A DNA stretch of 64,000 nucleotides from Lepidodermella squamata (GCA_047495785.1 JBLDXI010000066.1:434001-498000); one strand, 5' to 3'. Shown: positions 1 to 11,560, counted from the stretch's first letter. Translations and numbers: made by a program. Notes: a model not told the origin generated them from the sequence alone.

Positions 1-634
1 GCTGACTCGCTTCTACAGGCCGCCAGTTTCTGGCACCAGAGCGATCCGGACAAGATTTCAGGTAAATTTTGTTCCCAACGTTTCGAGTCTGATATTTATG
101 TCTCTAAGTTGACGTCAGAGACCTGAATGGTGTTTTCTGGATAAAAATTGTCGTTCGCCCGGAAAATACACTTTTGCTCGATACAATTTACGAACCTTTC
201 GATAGCCATTCGATGCCAGCGCGAAAATCCGCCTTAATTTTTTCAATCCTGCCCGCGAAATATTGACATTTGGCATAGAATTCTCTCTTTCGAATGATGA
301 TAGCGAGACTGTAGGGTGCGAATTAAAGGAATGCTAGGGTGTCGCGGCGCCCCAGCTAGCAGCTCTGGGACCCTAAACATAGGAAGGCTCAACAAACCAG
401 AGGGGGGGGGCCCTTTGGTTTAATCGGCTGGGTGCTAGAAACCTGCTAGAAAACAACCCAGCTACCGGATCCTACTTCGCACACTGCGAGACTGCATGCG
501 ATTTCAAGGAAACCATGTCTCCTGGAGCGATTTTCGCCATTGTTCTCGGTTCTATCCTAGCGTTGCTGGGCGTGGCGAAACTGTTCATTGGAATTTGCAG
601 TCGTAACAAACAAAATTACAAACAGTATTTGTGA
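1..634 (+). pseudogene. Type-I membrane protein family, A-type copy (paralog of 14484-15118), disrupted; 5' end lies outside the window
   Basis: Aligns by eye to 14515-15118, with the same intron (GT at 62) and the same TM/tail (PGAIFAIVLGSILALLGVAKLFIGICSRNKQNYKQYL*). Exon 2 has a large internal deletion near 192 and a MITE insertion at 312-486. Confidence 0.8.
312..486. mobile_element. MITE with 8-bp TSD (hAT/P-type)
   Basis: TSD CGAGACTG at 304-311 and 487-494. Ends read TAGGGTGCGAATTA and, reverse-complemented, CAGTGTGCGAAGTA. Absent from the paralog at about 14972. Same family as 61549-61710. Confidence 0.9.
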
Positions 635-1174
635 AAAGTTTGAAAAATGATTAATTTCAATATATTGAAGAATTTTTCTGCAAGTAAAGAAATATCCCGT
701 TCTGTAGCTTTGCGCCTTTTGCTTTTATCATTCATTTAACAGACTCAGCAATACCAAAGCCTACAATTGCGTATTAATGGTTAATGGATTGTTCTTTACT
801 TATGCGAAACATTTGATGCCCCATCGTAAAATTTGATGAAAAACACGTGAAAAAATACTACACACACTTATAAATTCAGCGCGCACGAGAAAATTCTACA
901 TCCATATGTTTGCATAACACATGAAATAAGGCATGAATTCAGTTTCAAACCCATGAATTTGGGGAAAAAATTGAGCCCTAAATGGTAGGCTTTTCACTAA
1001 AGCTTATACAACGTGTGCTTAAGTTTCATTCTCTTTCATAAAAGCTTGTAATTCATGGGGTAGATTTTCATTCTTTTATTGCATGTTTTATAACTTTAAT
1101 TCCTCAAATCATCAAGCTAATGACGTTTTCTTCATGGTGACAGGCCTGAAAAACGTTCAGTTTTCAAATGGCTT

Positions 1175-1620
1175 GTGCTAATTGACATGCCTATTGTCAC
1201 CAATAAGCCGAAGAATTGTATCAGAGTTCTTCATGAGATTTTCAACCTGCGAGTTAAGCTATTGCCTGAATTTACAATATCGCGGAAACTCACCGAAGTT
1301 GGGACCAAGAAACTGAAGCTAGATCTCATCAACCGCCAGTTCGTCGTCTACAAGTTCACATGTGGCCAGTGTGACGCTGGAATGACAGCCGGAATGACGG
1401 AGAAGCACCTTCAAGAGCGCGCTGAAAAACATTGGCTGAAGTCAGGCTCGATCGGATAGCATTTGCGCTTACATGAATAGCCTGATGGCTTCAACCTGCA
1501 CGCATGTTTCAAGGTTTTACGCAGTAATGCAGTAACAGATGGGACTGTTTATTGCTTGTTGATAGAGGAAATCAAACTAACATACTCGCAATCAAACGCG
1601 CAATCAGATTATTGAAGCTA
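1175..1620 (+). mobile_element. Penelope-like retroelement 3' remnant (GIY-YIG endonuclease), decayed
   Basis: FVVYKFTCGQCDAG..GMTEKHLQERAEKH matches the PLE GIY-YIG pattern VVYxFxCxxCDAxYVGxTxRHLxxRxxEH. Stops and frameshifts follow. Confidence 0.7.
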
Positions 1621-1639
1621 TATCAGTGCTATTCCTAAT

Positions 1640-1859
1640 TTTGCTGTGGAATTACCATCAGGGCGGTTTTACCATGAGGTACGCACTCGAGAATTGTGCC
1701 CTGTGCCCTTGGCTCCGTAGCCGGCGACACGTCTTCCTGTCAGCTTGATTAACGGTCCCGGAAACGCCGCATTCAATGCGTGGAAGAATGATTGGTGTTG
1801 GCGGAACCCGTGCCTCTTCGCCGACAGTGAGGTGCTTGGACCGCTCGACCACTTGCTCC
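1640..1859 (-). mobile_element. Probable tRNA-derived SINE
   Basis: Minus strand starts GGAGCAAGTGGTCGAGCGGTCCAAG (A-box-like, tRNA-Ser/Leu-like head). A degenerate B-box (ACGGGTTCCGCC) follows. GC-rich relative to the flanks. Confidence 0.45.
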
Positions 1860-1884
1860 TCCTCATAGGACTCGCATTGTTATA

Positions 1885-2069
1885 GACTCGCTAACGGGTG
1901 CTGGCGTCACCAGCTTTTTCACCCGCTCATTCCGCATTGATGTATGACGTATGAAGTATGACAATTTGCGTCATTTTGGCGCTCTCGCTTGCGTCTTATT
2001 GCTTTTCCACTGGGGGAAGTGTCTCATGGTAACCAAATTTTACCATGCCCCTCACTAGAAGCTTCATTA
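1885..2069 (+). repeat. Dispersed repeat that received the 2070-5372 insertion; second copy at about 60835-61060
   Basis: GGGTGCTGGCGTCACCAGC...TACCATGCCCCTCACTAGAAGCTTCATT here versus GGGTGCTCACGTCACCAGC...TACCATGTCCCACACTAGAGACTTCATT in the 60.8-61.0 kb copy. Confidence 0.65.
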
Positions 2070-5000
2070 CATAGAGCGAAGTACTGCTAGGGATGGTAGG
2101 GATTATCCCTGCCAGTTCCATCGGTCCGCAAGGTGAGCTCAGACAAAGACCAAAGGGGGGACCCTTATGCTGATTTTTGTTCCGCGGTTCTACTTCGCTC
2201 TACGGTCTATGATTCGCACTATGGATCAAGAAATGTTCATAGTTGCGCCGGGTCCGTCTTGTCTTCGATTTCGCCATTTCCCTTGTTGGCGCTTGGTCGT
2301 CCATGATGTCGCCCATTACCGGCGCTTTGTCACTAATCAATTGAGTGGTTAAATGGTGACTTAATCGCATATGGGATGCTAAGCACCACAGTCATGCCAA
2401 TTTGCAAACAAGCTTATCGAGCAGGATCATGAAGATTTCAGCTACACTAACTACCTCGGCGATCATGGCTAGGCTCAGGAGGGAATGGAGGCTGTTTGTC
2501 GATGAATGAGGTCAAAACCAAAATTACAGCGTTTTGGACTCAAAAGCTAAGAACAACTCTCAGGCCAGCTGCCTAATCGCACTAGCAGTGGGCGACTTTA
2601 CATTAATGCCTAATAATAATAATACTTAAATTTTTTGCTATTGGATGTTCAAGAATAATATTTAAAAATTATAATTGTTATTATATTTACCACTGGTGCT
2701 AACAAACAATTGCTTCGCATCGTCCCCCACAACCAAGCTAATTTCGGATAGAATGTATGCTCAGTTGTCGACGAGTTAAAAATAAAACTGTCCATAAACA
2801 TCCTCAAGCTGCTCGATCATCCAAAGTTTCATCCAGTCATCCATCCGCTTTTCGTTTTAATTAAAATTGTCAATTAAAACCTTGGTTATGGCTTTCAGAC
2901 TGGCTGTTATCGCGGCGACATTAGGCATTGTCGTTAGTCGTAAGTTACCGTCTCTCTAATCCTTCCAAGGCTCATGTCGATTTCGTCTTTTCAGAAACAA
3001 CTGTCAGCCCTGCGAAGATTGTCGAATGCTCGACTGGAGTGAGCACGACCGACGCGTTCAATACCGACGGCATGCTGTACGATCTCAACTATCGGTATGT
3101 CTACTGCCCCGACGGCAGCTACCTGACCTCGTGGAAGCTCAAATTCACTCCGAATGCGTCTGCTTCGTCTGCCCAGTATGAATACAAGTGCTGCAAGGCG
3201 CCGTCTGTCGGAAAGTGCAGACAGGTTACGAACGACCTGACGGATGGTAATGGCTTTGCTGCTGTCTCCCTCGAAAAACAGGATATCAAGTGCAACGCGA
3301 ATGAGTTTCTGAAAGGCTTCCACCTGACCACATTGTGGAGTCAGATCAGGTTCAACTATGCATGCTGCCAGGTTAGTATCGAGATCGTGTACCAAATTTA
3401 CCTACGAGCTCGTCCCACTTTGGGGGAGGTTTCTGATGGCCAAGGCCTAAGAGTCCAGGAAACGTTCAGATTATCAGGCGCCATCTCACCATCTCACATG
3501 TTTATTTTTCATTTCCAGATTGAAGGCGAATTCGATGTTATTCCCAGGGCGCTAACAACCGATTACGACAAGGAAAGTAACAAAACGACGACCTTAGACC
3601 GCCACAATCTCGCCTGCGCGGACGGTGAGCTCATGCAGAGGTGGCACCTGCAACGCGATGTAGACCAGGGTATGGTGCGCTTTGAATACACATGCGCTAA
3701 AATCAATCTGCGTGAGTTGCAATCCGCACAAGACAGGTTTAAATTGAAAAATATTGCTTCTATGTAGCTCCGAAGTGGTACGAGAAGTGCTCTAATGCCA
3801 CCCTGAAAACCAGACTGGCCGATGACCCTGATGGCAAAACGTACCAGCTCAATTTGCAGACCGTGCAATGTCCCGAGAGGAACTATATCACTTCCTTCGG
3901 ACTGGCCAGGCCTAGCGCAACCACCGTCCAGTACGCGTACACGTGTTGCGCTGCCCCCATGATGCCGGTGTGCCGCGAAATCCAGAACGCTTGGACCCCT
4001 GGCTACTACGGCGACACCAACTTTCTGGACAGGCAAGCTGTCACATGCAAAGCTAACGAAGTCCTGAACCGATTTGTCCTAGTTACCGACCGTCTCACAA
4101 TTGCCGAAGGTTCAATTTCCTACTACTACACCTGCTGCTCGGTGCGAATTTCAGAATTCAAACTGCTACTGTTTTAATAAAATGTGTTTACAGGTCACAG
4201 GTAAGGTCACCACTACCAACCATGTGACTGATGAAATCGACCACAAGGGCAAAACGTTTGCTCTCGCCAACTACCGCCCGACCTGTCCCGACGGCAGGTT
4301 GCTGCAACAGTTTCAACTGAAGCGCGGTCCTGGCGGCAACCACCGATACGAGTACACCTGTGCTAAGGTCGAGGAGTGAATCGGACAAGAGGAGCAGGTT
4401 GCAGTTTAGTCGAGAAATTGATGGTAAATTATGGTTGAAGGGAATAAATCGTAATCATTCATTAATCGAGGCGGTTGATAGTCAGCAGATTAATGATCAG
4501 CGTTGAATAAAATATAACAAGACATAATGTGTGAACATTTTGATTCAGGAAGTCCTCCCATCTCGTGATTCCTAGTCACCCTCTTGTCTATCCTCTATTT
4601 ATTCGTACAGTTCTGAGCTAGCTTTCGACGCACGGTTTATAAGATTTTTCGACCTCCCGAAAACATACAAGGGATATTACGAAAAATTCCGGGCACTTGG
4701 AGCGTTAACAGAAACTTTGATCAACACTATGTCTAGCACCACCTGCGAGGAAATACTTCCAAACCATGTTGCTAATCACCTAGATAGCGTGGCGAATGCT
4801 GTCCCCAATGTGAGTCATGAAATATAAAGTAACTGTACCTATTTATTGATTCTCATGATTCTGATAATTGATCCTCATTTATTCAAAATATCTGTGAACG
4901 ATCTAGGCCTAGTTTTTAAACATCCGAAAATTGGCCGAAAATTCTTCGTAAAAATAAAAAAATACCACTCAGGGTGTATCTCAGGGAGCTCGAACTGACT

Positions 5001-5372
5001 GGGTTTGGTGTAATCCTAAAATCCGACTCCCTTTAACGAATGAACGATATCCAATTGGAATAAATCTATGCCTCTGACTCAACGAGAATCTGAACTTTCG
5101 AAGAAGCTCAATAATTTTAACGTTAATGTGGAGCCAATGTTGTTGTTGTTTTGTATTGTCAATATCAAAATGGACAAATGGAATTTGAACCGGACTGAAT
5201 TTAACTCTGATTTTTCTGCCGGCTATGAGTGGATTGCCCGATTAACATTGTTGTGAGCGTTCGGCTTAAGCTCTTAAATAAAAGACTTAAGCTCTTAAAT
5301 GAATGAATAAAAGCTTCCCTTATGTCGATTTTCCTTATCCCTATCAGTTCCGCGGTCCTACTTCGCTCTATG
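2070..5372. mobile_element. Non-autonomous 3.3-kb DNA transposon (hAT/P-type) carrying a complete host-like gene
   Basis: Perfect 14-bp TIRs: CATAGAGCGAAGTA (2070-2083) and TACTTCGCTCTATG (5359-5372). Perfect 8-bp TSD CTTCATTA at 2062-2069 and 5373-5380. No transposase seen inside. An internal second right end sits at about 2190-2204. Confidence 0.9.
2888..4379 (+). CDS. Secreted Cys-rich protein of about 393 aa with six ~50-aa repeats (two three-repeat domains; lectin- or dermatopontin-like organisation is inferred)
   Basis: Exons 2888-2939, 2995-3371, 3519-3711, 3768-4141 and 4194-4379 join in frame with GT-AG introns. Signal peptide MAFRLAVIAATLGIVVS. Repeat consensus T-x(8-10)-L-[DN]-x3-C-x5-L-x2-[FW]-x-L-x(7-12)-[YF]-x-Y-x-C-[CA]. 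AATAAA at about 4443. Confidence 0.85.
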
Positions 5373-6566
5373 CTTCATTATATCCAAGTTGTTAGCAAGC
5401 TAGACCGCTTCATTAATTTCCCTTCACCTACTTAATATCACAGGACCTTTGATAGCGGAGGAAAGATGAAAGCATGGATAGACGGCCCCTAATTTCGCGC
5501 AATTCTATACCACTCATCGTGAACTGAAAACTGAAGCGAATCAGCCCGCGGAGCAGTTCATGGCGGCCGGGTGGTGCGGAAGTTGGCCCATTTTCGACTT
5601 GGCATTTTCAGCTGAATCGACGGTAAAAAGCTCGCTTCAACCGCGAATATTACTTCACCAGGGTCCAATTTGACACTCGTCAGCAATTTTCATCATTTTG
5701 GGCTAAACATGAAGAGCAATTAAGTGTATTTGAACAGTCTAGTGAAGTTGAACAGTCTAGTTTAGGCGTTCAGGAGAAAAGCTTTAGAGCCGCTGAAGCA
5801 ATCGCTTGTCTTGATGGTAAAGGAAATTCAGAGTAGGGAGGATGTCAATCGTTCATAGAATTTCGAATGAACATCAATAAGAACCCAAGCGTGCAGTGAT
5901 TTAAGAAAAATAATCTACCATCGGTATGATTGAGAATTTACCAAAGTATTTCTGCATTGTTTCTACCGCATCAGATGAAAAAAACAAAAAGCGAGAAAAT
6001 CGCTGATGTTTTCAAAGCGCATCAATGTCAGACCGCGTTCACTGTTCGTTGACAGAAGGTTCAGCTTGAGAACATGAAATAAAGCCAGTGGAAGCTGTGG
6101 AATCGGCTTGAAGCAGCACTTCATTTATGGGCGTAATATTATAGGGTGGTAGTAAATCAGGTCGAAAAGTTATTAATAACATGAATCATCACTCACTATC
6201 GAAGAGGTATTGTTAGAGCATATACTATCGCATGTTTTTAATATTCAGCGCATCGACCACCTTAATGAATCAATAAAAGTGTCGACCGAAAAGTTCCTAT
6301 GTTCTCCAAGTATATTATAAGCAAGATGTCCAACCACCGCAGACAAAACGTCGTTAGCGACGCGCTAAAACAATGCTTCGATGACTCATTCGATCCTATA
6401 AGGAGCCTAACAAAATGATGCAATGCATTCAGTTTTTCGAGCACTAGTCGTGTAGATCATCATTTTAATTTACGTTCAAGTGTCTCACATTTCGTTAAAA
6501 GAACTAGAAATTATTAAGTTCTTCTTCTTTGGGACTTCTTTCGGTTCAACGCTATAACGATAAACA

Positions 6567-7193
6567 ATGCGATTTTTGCTCTTGGTATCAGCACTTTTAT
6601 CCGTCACTCATGGCTCAGAAAAAGCTGACTATTCAAGTGTGTCGTAAATTTTTGAATTATCCCCGGGGTTAGCTAATTTTGTTGTAGTTGACTTCTCAAA
6701 CAGTTCCTGGTGCAAGGAAGAGCCTCAGACACTTAAAATATACCGTTATGCAAATATCGCAGTTAATAACGCCGTAACCTTGCCCTACTGCTCAGTAATC
6801 ATTGCTGATGACGACCAATATCACTTCAAAATAAAATGGCTCACCGAGTTCGTCCAAACCAATTACATTAATGCTAGTTTGCAACTGGCGACTCGATCTA
6901 GGGATATCGAAAACTGGGCCGAGCTGACGTCCGAAGAAACGAAGCAATTCGCCAAAATTACGCTGCTCAATCCAAATCAGGAGCCTGTTAACTTCGGCGT
7001 GACTTTTTCCACGACGAAATCGAGCGCGCACAGTCCGTTGAGTACTGGTCAAATAGTTGGGATCGCTATTGCAGTGATTTTTCTGCTTTTCCTGATCGGT
7101 TTCTTATTCTGGTGTTGTTGCCCTTGTGGCACTTGGAGCAAGAAACAGAGGGACAAAATGTTGGCCTGCTGCTGTAGATGCTGTCGTACATAG
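6567..7193 (+). CDS. Type-I membrane protein family, B-type copy 1 (signal peptide, two-Cys ectodomain, TM, Cys-rich tail)
   Basis: Exons 6567-6636 and 6688-7193 with a phase-1 intron. MRFLLLVSALLSVTHGS...DFSNSSWC...PYCSVII...TM...WCCCPCG...ACCCRCCRT*. Confidence 0.85.
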
Positions 7194-7430
7194 ACAACTC
7201 TATACAGATCGGAAACTAGCGGAATATTTATTGGACAAGTTTTATATTGCCAGATAGAGATTTTCTCTGGGAATTTTAGAGAATAATTAAAAAACGAAAA
7301 AATTACAATGGGTGGATAGGGCGATGAGTGAATACAAATAAAGGTCGCGTGCCAACTTTTTCACGTTTTGGTGTGAATTTATTTACTATAGGAAGATCGC
7401 TAGTTTCCGATCTGTATAGAGTTGTCTATG
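7189..7430. mobile_element. MITE with 33-bp TIRs and 8-bp TSD, overlapping the stop codon of the upstream gene
   Basis: TIR CATAGACAACTCTATACAGATCGGAAACTAGCG at both ends. TSD CTGTCGTA (7181-7188) and CCGTCGTA (7431-7438). Confidence 0.9.
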
Positions 7431-7590
7431 CCGTCGTAGATAAAATTATATTCATTACATGATCATTGTTGAAAATGCTTGATTAAACCCTTGTACTCTC
7501 TCATTCCGTCTATGTACCATCTTTTATAGGCATTGTTTTATCTAGCTAGCCTGTCCTGTAGAACATTAAAATTATCATATTATAAGTATG

Positions 7591-7830
7591 TCTCCGTTGA
7601 GCTCTTGTTGAGCACAGGTGATAGGTTATAGGTATCGAGTGCTCAATATCGTTGTGCACCATTGAGCACCAGTTGAGCACCTCGGAGTTTCTCGCTAAAG
7701 GCCAAGAAACTCCTTTGAAAAAATTTAATCAGGCAAATCCGATGCGTGCTCCATTGAGCACACGTTTTTGAGCACTCGTTGACAAAATTGAGCACAAGTT
7801 GCGCACTTGAGCAAAAGTGCTGAACGGAGA
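7591..7830. mobile_element. MITE-like element with repeated TGAGCAC motifs
   Basis: Ends TCTCCGTTGAGC and GCTGAACGGAGA are inverted. Many internal TGAGCAC/GTGCTCA motifs. No clear TSD. Followed by a (TAT)n microsatellite at about 7831-7890. Confidence 0.55.
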
Positions 7831-8638
7831 TTTATTATTATTATTATTACATACTACTATTATTATTATTATATTATATTATTATATCATTTCGTATTTT
7901 GTTCTATGTGTTACTGTTTTGCGAATGTGATGAACATAAGATGTTGCCCCTAGCGAAAAAAAACATTAATAAAAGGCTATAATTGAGAGAATTTCAGCGA
8001 TTTTTAGCTGACAAATAATAGCTCATAAAGCTATTGCTTATTGCACCTCTATAATGAGCCTCAATTGGCCATCGCAAAAAACGAAAGTTTGGAGCTCTAT
8101 TATAGCATATTATAATGTCATGGAAGGCGTCAAGGTACTTTTTTCTTAATTACTTACGCCTGTCAGGCACCACCACCACCGGGGCCTGGCCGACTGGTCG
8201 GGGTCTGCCAGGGTGCCCTTGGGGCAGCTGACCGGCAGCGGCAAATGGGACTCGGGCAGTTAGGAACCAGGGACCTCAAACTTGTTAAATAAATAGCAAA
8301 ATATTACACGTTTTGAAACTTGATCGGGTCAAGAAGTGAAATTTATGCATGCGTGTTTTCTCATTTGCATGCACAGCGACCTCGCGGCCACAAAATCATG
8401 AGATTTCAAGATGTCTGTAATAATCAATTTTGGAGACTCGTGTAGAAGACGGTCTTCGAACCTATTATTGACATCTGAACCAAACTCTTCTATTATGATT
8501 TTTCACGGTCTCTATTATTGATATAAAATGAGAGTTAGCCTCTAACGCTCGCCGTCACGGTCTAATTTAAAGAAGAAATTTTCACTAGGGTGATAATTAT
8601 AGCTAGTAAATTTTGTTTATTAAAAAAAAATTGTGACT

Positions 8639-9387
8639 AAAGTATGCGTAATATTTTTTTGCATCGCATTTTTTCAACAACTTTTCAACCATGAGGAATT
8701 TTTTAAAGTGGTTTTCACCAGTCGATAGATCTAGTCTGCGGTAAACTTTCCTCACATTTTCATTTGAATTGGGTGCGAGAGAAAAAATTGGTGACGAAAG
8801 TTCTGTCCGCGATTTTTACTGAAAATTCTCATTTTTGAAAAATGGCATTTTACAGGATTTGAGGTTGGAAGACATCATCCTGTTGAAAGGCTTTATCGGA
8901 ATTTTTTTAGCAGGGAATTAGGTCAATAACGCGCTGTCAACAAGGAAATTCAACTTAGCGGCCACAAAGAAGGTCTTATCCACCAAACCCGATCCGAAAT
9001 GAATTTTCGGAATTGTTTGAATGATTTGTGCCAATTTTATGAAGCCTTCAGTTTTGGATGGTTGTACAATGTTTTTTCAGGAATCGGTGACGTAGATCCA
9101 TTACGGACCATCCTCTCAAAAAAGCTTGAAGCCTCTGGTAAGAGAGACAATCAATTCAGACCAAATAAGATGCAAAAATGCCATTTTTCAAAAATTAGAA
9201 TTTTCAGTAAAAATCGCGGACAGAACTTTCGTCACCAATTTTTTCTCTCGCACCCAATTCAAATGAAAATTTGAGAAAAGTTTACCGCAGACTAGATCTA
9301 TCGACTGGTGAAAACCACTTTAAAAAATTCCTCATGGTTGAAAAGTTATTGAAAAAATGCGATGCAAAAAAAATATTACGCATACTT
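8639..9387. mobile_element. Long-TIR (about 215 bp) non-autonomous DNA transposon / foldback
   Basis: 8639-8851 is the near-perfect reverse complement of 9175-9387 (AAGTATGCGTAATATTTTTTTGCATCGC...). Flanked by TA, or by degenerate TTAA. Confidence 0.85.
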
Positions 9388-9836
9388 TATAATTCGAGCT
9401 TAGTCCATTGGCGAAAAAGGAAAATGATTATAGAGCAAAAACGAGATTGAGGACAAGGTGCTTCGATCCTTGTTTGCCGTGCCAAAGTTAATCTGATCTC
9501 CATGGGCATGAGCTTACAATCAAATTGCCTAATTATTGAAAATAAATGAATTTCTGCTATGTTGAAATAAATCACTTTGACGAAGATGGAAAACTTGTAC
9601 AGGTTAATCCTTGGTTCGTATTTGCAACGACCAAAAGAAGCTACAAAGTTTCCTCCCTTTACTGCGCTTTACTTCTCATATAATGATGAGATATTGTGAT
9701 TTCGGAAATTGAATCGCACAACACAGGTTCATAATGGCTTCACGATCGATATAATAATATGATGACAAAATCACATCAGAGAACCAAATCTTCAACTATT
9801 AGTTCAGCCGAAACTCATGGGCATCAGAAGCAAATT

Positions 9837-10100
9837 ATGAAATCCGTTCTACTTCTTTGCATTACAGATTACAGCAGACTCGCTTCTTCAGATCGCCGGT
9901 TCCTGGCAACAGAGCAGGTCGGCCGAGATTTGGGGTAAATTTACTTCCCCAGCAGTATCTGATTATGATATTCCTGTCTCTATAGTTGACGTCTCTAGAC
10001 CTGAATGGTGCACTCAGATGAACAAACTGACATTCTCGCGAAAAATACAGTTTTCCTTAAATAATTCGACAACCTCGTGTTTTTGCGGCGGAAAATAACT
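9837..10100 (+). pseudogene. Type-I membrane protein family, A-type truncated copy
   Basis: ATGAAATCCGTTCTACTTCTTTGC matches 14484. A 7-nt duplication (ATTACAG twice) shifts the frame in exon 1. Exon 2 begins DVSRPEWC, and similarity is lost after about 10100. Confidence 0.75.
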
Positions 10101-10317
10101 CCCATATTGCTATTATAAATTGCTTTTTGTTATTTTATTTCTTAAACTTCTCGCATCTTAGCATGAATAATTATCGAATTACAGATCGAAAAAATATTGC
10201 TTTCTCAAACGCGTATCAACTCCTTCTCATCTCTATCCACAGCCCTTTCTCCGCTCTGTGACCTTGAGGCGAATCACTGACATTCAGTGATGCGGAATAA
10301 TTAATCTATTATATATA

Positions 10318-10598
10318 TCACTGCAGTTCGGCCGTCGAATTCCTTTGGACGAATAAATGAAGCGCACTATTCCTTGTTTGACATGTAGTACGTGGATGAT
10401 GAGCCTAAACGGTATGCAGCGCATTCCAAGTCGGCCTCACATGCCTTGCTGCATACAGATGATGGAATCCACGCTTCACGCGCTGATTAGTAGCGATTAC
10501 ACTGTTGTGGAACATGCACTGTCAACAAGGATCCAATCATCAGGTTGTTGCATGACGACGTTTGCTAGAAGGAAAGTAGCAGCGATCTTGTAGAACAT
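10318..10598 (-). pseudogene. Small secreted Cys-containing (PAN/apple-like) protein pseudogene, paralog of 61908-62463
   Basis: MFYKIAATFLLANVVM signal-like start. After a frameshift it reads QQCNRY*...CSKACEADLECAAYRL...SNKE*CA, with stops. Confidence 0.55.
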
Positions 10599-10899
10599 GT
10601 ATAATTCGAGAATAAATAAAATATTATGTGAGAAATGCGGAGAAAAATGTGTAGAATGCTTAACCCGACTGATATATTGCTTCCTTGTGGGGTTTTCGAG
10701 TTTATTGAACCAGTTGTTGGCCGCTAGAGGGCGAAACGAGCGAGCGAAAAGCATTATTACCCTGTTTATAAACGAAAGCCATCGATCAGTTGGCTTCGTT
10801 TGCGTTAACTTGGAGCGGCAGACCGTGAAAACAGCGCAATCACGAAACAGCGAACGCGACAAAACAGCGCCAATAGTATAATTCGGTATTTGTCTTTTT

Positions 10900-11560
10900 T
10901 TTTAGCTCAAAATGTAATATGATAGTGAAAAGATAGGCTTGTAGTCTAGTTGAATCTTTAATCGGATCTTTGTTAGCGATTCGCAATTTTTTTCAAGTGC
11001 CAGGTTGTGCTTGACTTCCTGAGGGCTGAGGGTAGCTCCTCTTAAACGGCTGGCCGCTTGAACGCTGAAACGCGATTCGCATAGTTCTTGTTTGCGCTTG
11101 AAAAAATCAATGATTTCGTAGGGCGAAGGATGAGGCTTGTCACAGAAGTCTTGGAATGCTTTATGCCAAACCTCGGCCACATTGTCTGTTAGAGGAACCC
11201 AGACCGGCACAGGCAATGCCGAACAACGGCAAATACAGTGGCTGAATTCAAATCGAATTGTACTGAGCTGTTCGGGTGTTTTGGAGACAATTCAGCTATT
11301 TTTGCATCATTTAGTTCAGCGGTGTTCGGAGAGAAGGCGTGTTCGGACTTGTACGGACTTGAGGTCATCAAATTGTTAGCTGCTCTTCGCCTGCTTAATT
11401 CTTGCCACTGTTCGGGGTTGTTCAAAGTGTTCGAACTAGTTCACCGTTTCTGCTTCTCCTGCATATTTGTAATAAAATATAGAATTGTCCCCAGAAATAT
11501 AGGTCGAGTAGCTTTGACAATTCGATATTTTACGGTATAACATTCGTAAAACGTTCATAT
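10900..11560 (-). mobile_element. Mutator-like (MULE) transposase C-terminal remnant
   Basis: LTDNVAEVWHKAFQDFCDKPHPSPYEIIDFFKRKQELCE resembles the invertebrate MULE motif TNNxxEGWHxxF...HPxxxxFIxxLKxEQ. Upstream SYSTYISG resembles YFxxTYIG. Interrupted by stops. Confidence 0.6.

Noticed and set aside
1790-1859. Functional tRNA gene
   Set aside because: An A-box-like head is present, but the B-box/T-arm is degenerate and no cloverleaf closes; better read as a SINE head.
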